Shown piece by piece: positions 17,069-26,883 of a stretch of 64,000 nt of DNA (position 1 is its first letter; every line of letters starts with the position of its first letter). The stretch is taken from positions 52 through 64,051 of IMG/VR virus record IMGVR_UViG_3300033141_003854, one strand, 5' to 3'. Both the position numbers and the translations under genes were made by a program. Under the pieces are notes generated by a model. It saw only the letters and a program-made list of their open reading frames with translations, was not told where the DNA came from and did not search any database. Source of the stretch: a virus (Duplodnaviria > Caudoviricetes).

Positions 17069-18553
17069 ATGAAATATAGCAAATATCAAGAAGCAATTTT
17101 CGATTTTATCGCCAGCAAAGATTCTAATCTTGTAGTAGACGCCAAAGCCGGTTCAGGCAAAACCACTACAACAGTTGCAGGGCTGAGCCATATAAACCCA
17201 AACAAAAAGGTGGCGTTCGTTGCTTTTAATCGAGAAATTGCTCAAATCCTTCAGGCCAAGGCTCCCGATTATGTGCAATGCAGTACAATTCACAGCCTTA
17301 ATTTTCGCAATTTGCGCAATTCTGTTAGAGGCAAAGTTGAAGTGAATCGTTGGAAGGTAGGTGATATTATTGATACGTTTATCAAGCCTCCAGAGCGATA
17401 CGCAAAATATGAAGAAAAAGAACGACATCGTACATTGAAAAATCAGTTGCGTAGTGCAATAAGCATGATAAAGAACACACTTACTGATTACAACGATCCT
17501 AAAGCTGTTATCAACACACTAGATGAATATGGTGTTGATATTGATCCTACACTTGAGAGTCGGATTTTAGGATTAATCCCTCGAATTATGGATAAGGGGC
17601 TTGAAATAGATTATGAAGTTGATTTTGACGATATGATCTATATGCCACTAGTTCTGAATATGCCCTTAGAACAATTTGATTTTCTGGCGGTTGATGAAGC
17701 TCAAGACCTTAATCCTGCCCAGATTGAATTTGTGCTGCGTTCCATTAATGGGACAGGGAGGATTATGGCTGTAGGCGATCCTCAACAGTCCATTTATCAC
17801 TGGAGAGGTGCGGATGCCTTTGCTATACCTAAAATTATTACTGCTACAAAGTCTGAAGTTTTGCCTCTATCTATTTGTTATCGTTGTGGGAAAGATATTA
17901 TTACATTGGCTCAAACCATCGTACCGGAAATTGAGGCTTGGGAACAATCCCCGCCAGGATTAGTGAAAGACATCAAAGAATATGAACTTATATCCATGCT
18001 GAAAGATCAGGATATGATTTTATGTCGTACAAATGCGCCACTTATTTCTTTGGCATTTTCTTTGTTGTCCAAAGGAATGAAGGCAGTTGTTAGAGGACGA
18101 GATATTGGAAAACGGCTGGCAGAAAAGGCTAGAAAAGCTACAAAGGGTGCAATGGATTTACATGATGTTTCTGCTCGACTATACTTAATGCGGCGGAAAG
18201 AACTTGAGAAAGCCGAATTAATCCGTAGAGATCGAGCCAGAAAAAATAAGATTTCCCGTATCAAAGATGAATATAATTGCCTTTTTGCAATCTTACAAGG
18301 CATCTCACCTTTGAGTACACCAGACCGGTTTATTTCTGCTTGCGAAGAAATCTTTAGCGATGATACTCATAGCGGCATCATTCTATCAAGTGTACATAGA
18401 GCTAAGGGCTTGGAAGCTGAGAGAGTATTTATTCTCAAGCCTGAACTAATGCCTCATCCTTTGGCTAATTCTGAGCAAGAATTACAGCAGGAGATGAACA
18501 TTAAATATGTGGCTATAACTAGAGCCAAAAAGGAGTTGTATATTGTACGATAA
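17069..18553 (+). CDS. UvrD/Rep-family SF1 helicase
   Basis: AGSGKT, VDEAQD, VGDPQQSIY, HRAKGLE, YVAITRAK. Confidence 0.95.
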   Translation: MKYSKYQEAIFDFIASKDSNLVVDAKAGSGKTTTTVAGLSHINPNKKVAFVAFNREIAQILQAKAPDYVQCSTIHSLNFRNLRNSVRGKVEVNRWKVGDIIDTFIKPPERYAKYEEKERHRTLKNQLRSAISMIKNTLTDYNDPKAVINTLDEYGVDIDPTLESRILGLIPRIMDKGLEIDYEVDFDDMIYMPLVLNMPLEQFDFLAVDEAQDLNPAQIEFVLRSINGTGRIMAVGDPQQSIYHWRGADAFAIPKIITATKSEVLPLSICYRCGKDIITLAQTIVPEIEAWEQSPPGLVKDIKEYELISMLKDQDMILCRTNAPLISLAFSLLSKGMKAVVRGRDIGKRLAEKARKATKGAMDLHDVSARLYLMRRKELEKAELIRRDRARKNKISRIKDEYNCLFAILQGISPLSTPDRFISACEEIFSDDTHSGIILSSVHRAKGLEAERVFILKPELMPHPLANSEQELQQEMNIKYVAITRAKKELYIVR

Positions 18554-18556
18554 TTT

Positions 18557-18599
18557 CTAATCATACTCTAATTTTATAATAATGTTTTCGTGCTAGAAT
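18557..18599 (+). promoter_or_regulatory. Direct-repeat class promoter of the replication operon
   Basis: CTAA-N7-CTAA-N22-TAGAAT with TG extension. Confidence 0.7.
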
Positions 18600-18634
18600 A
18601 TTAGGAGAAAGGAAAATAAGATGAAGAAAAAGCA

Positions 18635-18922
18635 TTGAATGAACTGGCAATGAAATATTATCGTATACACGGCGCAGTAAATGACTTAACTAATGATGAT
18701 GATGATTTCAAATACTTAGCAAAATTATTGGCTATAGAAGCCCTTACCCATAATTTTACCGAAAAAGACCTTGGCAGAAATTTGGTGGTAATTTTGATGT
18801 CAATGATGGCAATGGGCTTTACAATGGCATATCAGGCTGCAATTGAAGCAGGAGTGAACGAAACAGAAATCAACCGAATTTTGAATGAATATGATGGAGG
18901 CAATAATGAGCAAACAATTTAA
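18635..18922 (+). CDS. Hypothetical protein
   Basis: ORF after promoter; start uncertain. Confidence 0.6.
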   Translation: MNELAMKYYRIHGAVNDLTNDDDDFKYLAKLLAIEALTHNFTEKDLGRNLVVILMSMMAMGFTMAYQAAIEAGVNETEINRILNEYDGGNNEQTI

Positions 18923-19226
18923 ATCTCGTAAGACTTGTGGAATGTTATATGCAGGAGGAAGGGAGTATATTTTACTTCACCCTTACCCTGTCTCAGCAGA
19001 TAGCTGGCAACGGGATACTGATACCAGATTTTTCGTAGTTCCCAATGACCGAAAATTCCTTCTGTCTGATGACCGAAAATTAATTCCTTATTATCCAAAC
19101 CCACGTCACATTATAGTGCGAGGCGACTGGATTATTGACTATGATGGACTGAACCAAGACATTCAAGTTGAAATTGTAAATTGGGAAGGTGATTATGATC
19201 ATACGGATGAAATGGAAGATATTTAG
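18906..19226 (+). CDS. Hypothetical protein
   Basis: GGAGG RBS before MSKQFK. Confidence 0.65.
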   Translation: MSKQFKSRKTCGMLYAGGREYILLHPYPVSADSWQRDTDTRFFVVPNDRKFLLSDDRKLIPYYPNPRHIIVRGDWIIDYDGLNQDIQVEIVNWEGDYDHTDEMEDI

Positions 19227-19515
19227 GCCAGACAAGAGGCAATACCGGCAACAGTCTGTTGAGCTTGAGCCGGTAAATGTTTATGTTGAAGCCAAACTGG
19301 ATGATGATGATATTGTGGATGTAACTACAGAAGAAGTAATCATCACGCCAACAGGTTTCCGCAAAGTTCACCAATTGTTAGAAGATTTGTTTGTTGATGA
19401 TACATCAGAAACAGAATCTGATGACGATTGGGATGAAGATGATGATTGGAACACTGAGGAAACCGAAACTGTTGATGAAGAAGAGTTGGACTGGGACGAA
19501 GAAGATTTTGAATAG
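19189..19515 (+). CDS. Hypothetical protein with extremely acidic C-terminal half
   Basis: DDDWDEDDDW...DWDEEDFE. Confidence 0.7.
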   Translation: MIMIIRMKWKIFRPDKRQYRQQSVELEPVNVYVEAKLDDDDIVDVTTEEVIITPTGFRKVHQLLEDLFVDDTSETESDDDWDEDDDWNTEETETVDEEELDWDEEDFE

Positions 19516-19526
19516 GAGAGAATGAT

Positions 19527-20231
19527 ATGGGCTATAAAATGAAGCGAGTAAAGGGAAGTGGCGGCTTTGGTAGCTGGACTACAGCCAAAGTAGCAGTCAG
19601 CAAGGGCAAGGGCAAGGCCAAAGTCTCGCCCAAAGATGGTGAACCATTCATTGTAAACCTGAGTGATCTACCAGAAGGTCTGAAGGCGGGTGAGTGGTTG
19701 CTGAGGATTGACCAGAAAGAAGTTGTGGATTGGCGACCTCTTAATGGCTTATTTACCGGCAAGGTAGTTGAATTTGTCAGCAAAGAAGGCGAACCTCCAT
19801 CTCCACAAACTCAACATGTAGAATTTACCCGCGATGGCAAGACCCAATCCTATGATTACCAGTATTTCACAGTATTGATTGAAATCGTGGATGGGGAATT
19901 TGCAGGCCGAAAGATTCCCATGCGCCTACGATATAAATTCACGGCGGTTGAAGAGGAAGTCAAGGATAAGACGGTTGAAGTCGCTGCCCTGGCTGGTTAC
20001 GGTAAATATACTGACCAGCTAGAGGATTTTCTTCAGGTTACAGGTTTGCTTGTAAACGATGAGCTTGTGGGAGGGCCGATTAAATGGTCTGGTAATATTC
20101 TGCCCACATTAGCTAAACGCATCTTGCGCTTAGAAAAGCCATTCAATTTTGTGCTGAAGAATGGTTGGGTAGAAACCCTTTTTACTAAGGCAAACGTTCC
20201 AGACGAAGAAGATATTGACGAATTAGACTGA
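19527..20231 (+). CDS. Putative single-stranded DNA-binding protein
   Basis: Beta-rich with acidic tail DEEDIDELD, upstream of primase, followed by terminator. Confidence 0.5.
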   Translation: MGYKMKRVKGSGGFGSWTTAKVAVSKGKGKAKVSPKDGEPFIVNLSDLPEGLKAGEWLLRIDQKEVVDWRPLNGLFTGKVVEFVSKEGEPPSPQTQHVEFTRDGKTQSYDYQYFTVLIEIVDGEFAGRKIPMRLRYKFTAVEEEVKDKTVEVAALAGYGKYTDQLEDFLQVTGLLVNDELVGGPIKWSGNILPTLAKRILRLEKPFNFVLKNGWVETLFTKANVPDEEDIDELD

Positions 20232-20251
20232 TCCATTTCCCTTCTTTATGT

Positions 20252-20288
20252 GGGGCAGGGTTGCCTAGGGGTGTTGCCCTGCCCCTTT
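20252..20288 (+). terminator. Hairpin / weak intrinsic terminator
   Basis: GGGGCAGGG/CCCTGCCCC followed by TTT. Confidence 0.6.
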
Positions 20289-20299
20289 CATGGTGCTTT

Positions 20300-20689
20300 A
20301 TGGATGACAGAATAGTTACCTTCAATGATAAATCAACAAACCTGAACCGACAAAGAAGAGGAATACAGATCGGAGGTCTTATTCTAGCTTCTTTAGATGG
20401 GGGAGATATTGGAATTTTCCGTAAAGATGGCAAGCTGGCCATAGATTCATCTTTTGCGGATTTAGAAACCGCAAAATCCTTGGCTAAACACATAAATAAA
20501 ATCTATGGTGAATATATGCCCATTTGGGATGATTATCCCCACTTAGATATATTTGCTATCACCAGGCTGACCGTACCTGGCGGGGAACGGTTTTACGCCT
20601 TTGTAGAGCGTATTACTGGAAAATACAATCTTACCGATAAAGATTTATTACTAGCATGGAAATCCATAAAAGATGAGCATCTTAGATGA
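20300..20689 (+). CDS. Hypothetical protein
   Basis: MDDRIVTF...; overlaps primase start. Confidence 0.65.
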   Translation: MDDRIVTFNDKSTNLNRQRRGIQIGGLILASLDGGDIGIFRKDGKLAIDSSFADLETAKSLAKHINKIYGEYMPIWDDYPHLDIFAITRLTVPGGERFYAFVERITGKYNLTDKDLLLAWKSIKDEHLR

Positions 20690-21512
20690 CATTGTTTTAT
20701 ATCTAGATCAGCCAACCCGTTACGAAAATTATATAGCCAGTAGATGTCCTTTTCATGACGATAGCCGACCATCTTTTTTTGTTTACGAAGATGGGTTCTT
20801 TTGTAAATCCTGCGGCAAACGGGGCAGTATAAAAGCCCTCCAAGGGCATTTCAAAAAAGGTCTAGTTCGGTATAAGGAAGATGAGCCAAAATGGAGAAAT
20901 CCCTGGACGAAGTGGCTCAAACAGCAATCACTAGGCCAAATTCTAAAATCCAGTTGGGAGACATTAAAGAATAACCCATCTATGGGCAAATATTTGACTG
21001 ACCGGTCAATTCCTATTGAAGATCAGATCAGACTTGGTATTGGGTATCGAGATGGGTATTTTACATTTCCAATCAGGAATGAACGTGGTAAAATAGTAGG
21101 AGCAGTAGCAAGAGCAGAATCAAACAAAATTAAATCAAAATATGTAATTCCGGCGAGACAAAATCCAAACCTCTTATATGTTCCTGACTGGAAATTACTA
21201 GCTAATAGATTTATTTTTCTGACTTTTGGAATACTAGACGCAATGTCTTTAGCCATTCTGGGATCGCCAGCAATGTCAACAACCTCTGGCAAAAATTTAG
21301 ATTACACTACTCTTAATCAATTTAGAAAACGAATATATATTATTCCTGACTTGGGAGAAGAACGGGAAGCATCGGCTTTGGCATCTTCTCTTGGATGGCG
21401 AGGTGTGGTGTTAGACATTCATTATCCGAATGGCTGTAAAGATATAAACGACATTTTGATTCACCATAAAGAAACATTAGTTGAAACATTGAGGGAATTC
21501 AATAATGGCTAA
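20673..21512 (+). CDS. DNA primase (CHC2 Zn finger plus TOPRIM-like domain)
   Basis: CPFHDDSRPSF...CKSC; GILDAMS, IIPD, KDIND. Confidence 0.9.
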   Translation: MSILDDIVLYLDQPTRYENYIASRCPFHDDSRPSFFVYEDGFFCKSCGKRGSIKALQGHFKKGLVRYKEDEPKWRNPWTKWLKQQSLGQILKSSWETLKNNPSMGKYLTDRSIPIEDQIRLGIGYRDGYFTFPIRNERGKIVGAVARAESNKIKSKYVIPARQNPNLLYVPDWKLLANRFIFLTFGILDAMSLAILGSPAMSTTSGKNLDYTTLNQFRKRIYIIPDLGEEREASALASSLGWRGVVLDIHYPNGCKDINDILIHHKETLVETLREFNNG

Positions 21513-22671
21513 CTCTTGGCTTGATGTAAGTGAAATTGTTGCCGGTCTCATCCTTTCAGGACGAATCAGCCCTCATGCTGTCCGTCCTGATTTGTTTGTA
21601 CCACCCTATGACAATATGATAAAAGCGATACGGAAAGGGGAAAATGAGCCAGAAAGATTGATTGAGATCATTGGCCTATCCCCCGTGCAATCAGCTCATG
21701 AAGCAGTAAAAAACATGAACGGTCTGGGAGATTGCAATTGGGTTTCAATCTTAGAAAATTCTGCATTGAATTATGACGCTGGCACAAAACTTGAAAAATT
21801 CAGCCGAAAGCTCAAACAGGGGGAAGATGTAAACTGGACAGATTTAGCCTATTTATCTAAACGAGCATTACAAGAGAAGGCGAAAGACTTAGTTCCTCTT
21901 TCATCCATTGAAAGCGGTCAAGTGCCGTTTGTAGAGACGGGGTGGAATATATTCGATAAACACACCGGCGGCATCCCCGAAATCGGTCTAATTGTTATTG
22001 GCGGCATCCCTGGTGTAGGTAAGACATCATTCTCATGCAAAATGTCATCTAAATTTATACAGAAACACAAAGAAAAAACAGTGGTATTCTTCTCCCTTGA
22101 GATGGTCTTACCAGAAATTGCAGCGCGCTTTAGAGAGATTGAAACAATGACCAAAGACGAAGAAGAAAGATTATTGCTATGCGAAGTACCAGTTTCGCCT
22201 GAAGAATTATTAAACATGGCGGCTACAGTCGATGATATTGGCCTAATTGTCATTGACTTCGCGGACTATATGATAAAAGGGGAAACGTCTGAAAGCTCAA
22301 TGAGCCATATTTATCGAACCTTAGCAGTTGGTTCTAAAGAACTTAGAGTTCCCATCATTCTGCTATCTCAGCTTAACCGTAGTCCTGGCCTACCAAAACC
22401 TAATCATTTACGTTGGACAGGGCTAGCTGAGGCATTAGCTTGGATGATTATTATGTTGTATGATCCAGCAAGGGATTGGAAATCAGATGACGTAGAAGAA
22501 GAATACGGCCTTCAACCTGTCAAAAATACGGCCTATGCTATTATTTGGAAAGTAAGGGGAGGATTTAGAAAGCATATTGATGAAAGCCCCGGCGCAATTC
22601 TGATGCCTTTTAGAGGTGATAAAGGATGGGGTGATAAAAGATCAAAGTGGTTTTCTCTAATGAAAGATTAA
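21505..22671 (+). CDS. dnaB: DnaB-like replicative helicase
   Basis: GIPGVGKT, FSLEM, VIDF, LSQLNR. Confidence 0.9.
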   Translation: MANSWLDVSEIVAGLILSGRISPHAVRPDLFVPPYDNMIKAIRKGENEPERLIEIIGLSPVQSAHEAVKNMNGLGDCNWVSILENSALNYDAGTKLEKFSRKLKQGEDVNWTDLAYLSKRALQEKAKDLVPLSSIESGQVPFVETGWNIFDKHTGGIPEIGLIVIGGIPGVGKTSFSCKMSSKFIQKHKEKTVVFFSLEMVLPEIAARFREIETMTKDEEERLLLCEVPVSPEELLNMAATVDDIGLIVIDFADYMIKGETSESSMSHIYRTLAVGSKELRVPIILLSQLNRSPGLPKPNHLRWTGLAEALAWMIIMLYDPARDWKSDDVEEEYGLQPVKNTAYAIIWKVRGGFRKHIDESPGAILMPFRGDKGWGDKRSKWFSLMKD

Positions 22672-22699
22672 TCTAATGTTTCAATTTTTGTAGTATACT
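22657..22699 (+). promoter_or_regulatory. Direct-repeat class promoter
   Basis: CTAA-N7-TTAA-N22-TATACT, followed directly by palindrome TAATAACAC-G-GTGTTATTA. Confidence 0.75.
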
Positions 22700-22895
22700 A
22701 ATAACACGGTGTTATTAAAAATGAGAGGAAAACAAAAAATGAGAATATCAAAAACTGAACTGGTTGTAATATTTTATTTTAGTATTATTACCTTTTTGTT
22801 ATATTCTATATGGAAGAATACAAAACAAAAAAGCTTAAAACTTATTCCATCTGTATTTCCACCGAAACCATTTGGATTTTAAATTTGAAAAATAA

Positions 22896-22969
22896 GCTCC
22901 AGTAGCTCAAATAGATAGAGCATTGTCCATCTAAGCAACTTGTTGCTGGTTCAAATCCTGCCTGGGATA
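22896..22969 (+). tRNA. Degenerate tRNA-Arg(TCT)-like gene, likely pseudo
   Basis: TAGCTCA...ATAGAGC D-arm, loop CA-TCT-AA, GGTTCAAATCC T-arm; mismatches in acceptor and anticodon stems, A at position 33. Confidence 0.6.
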
Positions 22970-22982
22970 CAAGGAGAATAAA

Positions 22983-23381
22983 ATGAAAAAGAAACGAGAA
23001 TGGAAACAGATTGAAATTGATGAATCAACTTTTATTCCCTTTGATTGGAAAGATTCAACGCCAGGGGGAGAGAATTTAGGGCGGGCCGAGTTTCAAGTCT
23101 GCATTAAATTTAATGATAATCGCGTTTCAGAATTTTGGGTCTATCCAGTTCAAACTCATCTAAATACTTGTTGGCATTATTCTGGTGATGTCCCCGATTT
23201 TGGCATCTTTGCTCTTGAAGGATTAGAACAGCCTTGGGTATGGTTAGTTGGGCATTGTGATATACACAATACTCCATTTATTAGAATTTATTCCCCAACT
23301 AATGCAAGATACATTGAAATAAGTCAAGGAGGCTTAAATTTTTGGCGTAATACATATCACAATAGGAAATCAAATGAATGA
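22983..23381 (+). CDS. Hypothetical protein
   Basis: AAGGAG RBS. Confidence 0.7.
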   Translation: MKKKREWKQIEIDESTFIPFDWKDSTPGGENLGRAEFQVCIKFNDNRVSEFWVYPVQTHLNTCWHYSGDVPDFGIFALEGLEQPWVWLVGHCDIHNTPFIRIYSPTNARYIEISQGGLNFWRNTYHNRKSNE

Positions 23382-23683
23382 ATTAGATTTGATTACAATC
23401 TCCACTACTAAGTTATATCTATGGATAATCATGGTCAGTCTTGCTGGCTACTTTGCTGGTTATTTGATGGGAAAACATTATGATTAATGAATTTGGAACA
23501 GTTGGAACGTACATAGCTCGGATAATCGCTGGATTTAGTTTTTTATTATTTATCGTCATGCTCATAGATATGATCGTGGATGAGATTAACAAGATGAAAA
23601 ATAAATAATGTCAGACGATTATCTGCTTTTCGATCTTATTTTAGAAGTCTTTGGTTGTGAAAATGTAGAGATTACTGATACAT

Positions 23684-25369
23684 TTGAATATGAAGATTAT
23701 CAAAGCGATACCCCCAAAGATCAAACCAAAGCAACCAGTAGCGATTGACACAGAATGGTTTGGTATTGAGCAAAATAAAATTCACCGGCCAGGGGGAAAA
23801 TTCGCTTGTTTGACTGTTTGCTTTGAGCCTGGAATTGTTTATTTAATTCAAGACCCAAACGATGTTGCACCTACCCTGCAACAAATAAATGATGGTCTTT
23901 GGATTATTCATAATGCCAAGTTTGATATTACACACCTAAGAGCAATAGTAGACATCCCGCCCAGAGCATTGATTGTAGATACAATGCTCATGGAGCAAAT
24001 TCTATTTAGTGGTTATTACAATTTCTTCGGGTTAGAACATCTAGCTCGAAGATACTTGCATATTGAACTGGATAAAAGTACACAGGAAGAATTCATTACT
24101 GCAACAACAATGTCGCCAGAAATGCTGGAATATTCTGCTAGAGACGCAGATGTCTTGCTGAGAATATGGTTTGAGCAAAGAAAGATAATCAAAAAATCAG
24201 ACTTGAATGTGTGGAAAAAAGCAGATCGCCCGGCTTTGTGGGCCATATTAGATTTTATGGGATTTCGTTTAGATGTAGATGCCTGGCGAAACCTTGCTGA
24301 AAATAATAAACAAAGACAATTAGAAATTGATGCTGAACTTCCTATCAATCCTCGTAGCCATACACAAGTAAAGAAATATCTCAGAAAAAATGGCTTTAAA
24401 CGACTTCCTGATACTGGGGAGAAGCGGCTCAAAAAATATATCCGAAAATATCCTGATACACCGGCGGCAGAAATTGCAAAGAAAATTTTAGCGAGCCGCA
24501 CCTACGGCAAGCGAGCCAGTACCTACGGCATGAATTTTATTGAGAAATTTTTAGAAAAAGAAGATGATGGAATTTATGTTATTCATGCTGATTATAGAAT
24601 TATTGGTGCTGAAACTGGTCGAATATCCTGTCGTCGGCCAAATATGCAGAATATACCGGCGAGAGACACTAAAGAGTTTAGAAAATGCCTTATCGCTCGG
24701 CCAGGTAATAAATTAATTATCGCCGATTACAGTCAACAAGAAGTAGGAATTGGAGCTTATATTTCTGGTGATGAAAAGCTGATCGAAGCATTTAATTCTG
24801 GCAAAGATGTTTATATTCAAACAGCTAAAATTGTATTTGGAAAAGAAATTATAAAAAGTGATCCACTAAGAAAGGGGATGAAGGCAATAATGTTAGGCAT
24901 TGTATATGGTTTAACTCCATACGGCTTAGCAGAAAATGAAGATATGTCAATTGATGATGCCGAACGTTCCATTCATAAAATACTAAAAACTTTCTCCGGA
25001 TTGGACAGATGGCAAATTGAACAGCGAAAGACCAAAACCTATACAAAAACCGTTTTAGGAAGGAAAAGCTGGTTGAATCCTTATTCAAATCAGTGTGAAA
25101 GAAATGCCCTCAATAATCCAGTGCAAGGAACGGGTGTAGATATGCTAAAAGCTGCAATGGGAAAAATTCATCAAGAATGGTCTTTCGATTATCCTTATGC
25201 ACAAGTTGCTACTATTCATGATGAATTAGTTTTTGACGTTCCAGCAGAGATTACTAATGATGCGGCAAACCTGATAAAATCTAGCATGGAGTCTGTTGCA
25301 AATGAACTTTGCCCAGGCATGAAATTTAGAGTTGGCGTGGATATTGGAAACACATGGGCAGAAAAATAA
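23684..25369 (+). CDS. polA: Family A DNA polymerase (3'-5' exo plus pol domains), Leu762 type
   Basis: Exo motifs IDTE, HNAKFD, YSARD; motif A DYSQQE, motif B RKGMKAIMLGIVYG, motif C HDEL. Confidence 0.96.
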   Translation: MNMKIIKAIPPKIKPKQPVAIDTEWFGIEQNKIHRPGGKFACLTVCFEPGIVYLIQDPNDVAPTLQQINDGLWIIHNAKFDITHLRAIVDIPPRALIVDTMLMEQILFSGYYNFFGLEHLARRYLHIELDKSTQEEFITATTMSPEMLEYSARDADVLLRIWFEQRKIIKKSDLNVWKKADRPALWAILDFMGFRLDVDAWRNLAENNKQRQLEIDAELPINPRSHTQVKKYLRKNGFKRLPDTGEKRLKKYIRKYPDTPAAEIAKKILASRTYGKRASTYGMNFIEKFLEKEDDGIYVIHADYRIIGAETGRISCRRPNMQNIPARDTKEFRKCLIARPGNKLIIADYSQQEVGIGAYISGDEKLIEAFNSGKDVYIQTAKIVFGKEIIKSDPLRKGMKAIMLGIVYGLTPYGLAENEDMSIDDAERSIHKILKTFSGLDRWQIEQRKTKTYTKTVLGRKSWLNPYSNQCERNALNNPVQGTGVDMLKAAMGKIHQEWSFDYPYAQVATIHDELVFDVPAEITNDAANLIKSSMESVANELCPGMKFRVGVDIGNTWAEK

Positions 25370-25379
25370 GGAGGCAGAG

Positions 25380-25574
25380 ATGGAAATTACTAGGGATTAC
25401 AGTACTAGAGATCAGAAGTTTGTCTGGAAAATTTCTGTGCCTTGGGAAGAAATGAATGATATTTATGTATCTGCACAGAATGAATTTGCGTCAAAAGATA
25501 TTCCCGTATCTAAGATTCTTTCCAGATTAGCGCATTTGGCTCAAACTATAGAAGAAAGACATAGAGAAAAATGA
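25380..25574 (+). CDS. Hypothetical protein
   Basis: AGGAGG RBS before MEITRD. Confidence 0.65.
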   Translation: MEITRDYSTRDQKFVWKISVPWEEMNDIYVSAQNEFASKDIPVSKILSRLAHLAQTIEERHREK

Positions 25575-26089
25575 CTTGGGAAGATGAAATAGATTTTTCT
25601 TTTGCCTGCCCTCATTGTGGTACAGATGATTGTGTACCTCCTGCCGGCCCTAAGAAATCTCCAATCCTGCTCATAGGAGAAGCTCCTGGGAATGCTGAGA
25701 TCATAAAAGGAAAACCTTTTGTAGGGCCAACAGGAGGAATTTTGAGAGAGGAATTGCGAATGCTTAGCATTGATATTAAAATGCTGAGACTTGCAAACTT
25801 GTGGATACATAAACCAAATGGCAGGGAAGGTTGTAGAAACTATAGCATAGAAACCGTTATAAAAGAAGCAAAAGGCAAAAAAGCAGTCTTATTAATTGGC
25901 AGTGAAACTGTTTTATATTTTACGAATAAGCAGGTAATGTCAGTGAATGGGCTAAAAGTAAAATCACCACTATTATCACCCAAAATACTGATGGCTTGCG
26001 TACAGCCTGCAACAGTATTTCATCAATCAATTGGTGAACTGAGATTTGCCTTATCACAATTTGCAAAGGAGATAGATAATTTACTATGA
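25571..26089 (+). CDS. Uracil-DNA glycosylase superfamily (family 4-like) protein
   Basis: LIGEAPG..E...PFVGPTG; motif 2 reads QPA instead of HP[SA]. Confidence 0.85.
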   Translation: MTWEDEIDFSFACPHCGTDDCVPPAGPKKSPILLIGEAPGNAEIIKGKPFVGPTGGILREELRMLSIDIKMLRLANLWIHKPNGREGCRNYSIETVIKEAKGKKAVLLIGSETVLYFTNKQVMSVNGLKVKSPLLSPKILMACVQPATVFHQSIGELRFALSQFAKEIDNLL

Positions 26090-26763
26090 GCAAAGACGAT
26101 GAACTATCATTGGTTTTAGGATCGCTAGATCAGTCTATTTTAATCCGAAGTCAAGATACACTATATGCAATTGAAAAAATTGTTGAAAATTCAATTGAAA
26201 ATGGTGATGCTTTTATCGCCTTAAATGCCTGCAAGAGCTTAATTAAACTCTCGAAAATTTCAGGCATTACGCTTGCAAAAGGTTTATATCTGATCAAAGA
26301 AAATTGGGAACATTACAATATGGATGAACCATTTGAAAGAATCGCTTACGTTGCTATTGGGGTTCATCCAGATACAGTAAATCGTTATGTAGAAGTTTGG
26401 GAATTGTTTGCAAAAAATAAAATCCCAAAGCCTTATGTGGATAAACTGAAATCTCAAAACATTAAGAGCCTAATCCCTATTGCTAAGGCAGTGAAGCAGG
26501 GATATGAACTTGATGATAAAGACTGGAAAGCATTAGCAAATGCGCCAGACTTCTATACAATTCAAAACGAAATTCGGGAAATCAAAGGCCAAGAACCTCG
26601 AAAATCTACGCTTCAATTGCGCCTTGATGAATATGGCTCAATCTGGGCATGGAAAAGAAATGAGAGATATTTTGTAGGCTCTTTAGAAATAGATGATGAA
26701 GAAGAAGTTGTCCAACAAGCAATTAGCAAAATAACCAGAAACTCGGGGATTTTACAGCAATGA
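26086..26763 (+). CDS. Hypothetical protein
   Basis: 225-aa coupled ORF. Confidence 0.75.
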   Translation: MSKDDELSLVLGSLDQSILIRSQDTLYAIEKIVENSIENGDAFIALNACKSLIKLSKISGITLAKGLYLIKENWEHYNMDEPFERIAYVAIGVHPDTVNRYVEVWELFAKNKIPKPYVDKLKSQNIKSLIPIAKAVKQGYELDDKDWKALANAPDFYTIQNEIREIKGQEPRKSTLQLRLDEYGSIWAWKRNERYFVGSLEIDDEEEVVQQAISKITRNSGILQQ

Positions 26764-26883
26764 ATGAAAGACAAAAACAGGCTATTGATAATCTACTAAA
26801 TGCAGTTAGCCGCTGTTTGCAAGAAGGAATTAGTATGGTAATGATTGTTTCAATAATAACAAGTCTTTCAGAGGAAAAGGAAA

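Noticed and set aside
19046-19082. ATGACCGAAAATT tandem repeat
   Set aside because: A single in-frame 24-bp-period duplication inside a hypothetical gene; no wider pattern
22896-22969. Amber suppressor tRNA (CTA) and stop-codon recoding
   Set aside because: The CTA register gives no anticodon stem, and long genes are intact in code 11 with TAG used as a normal stop
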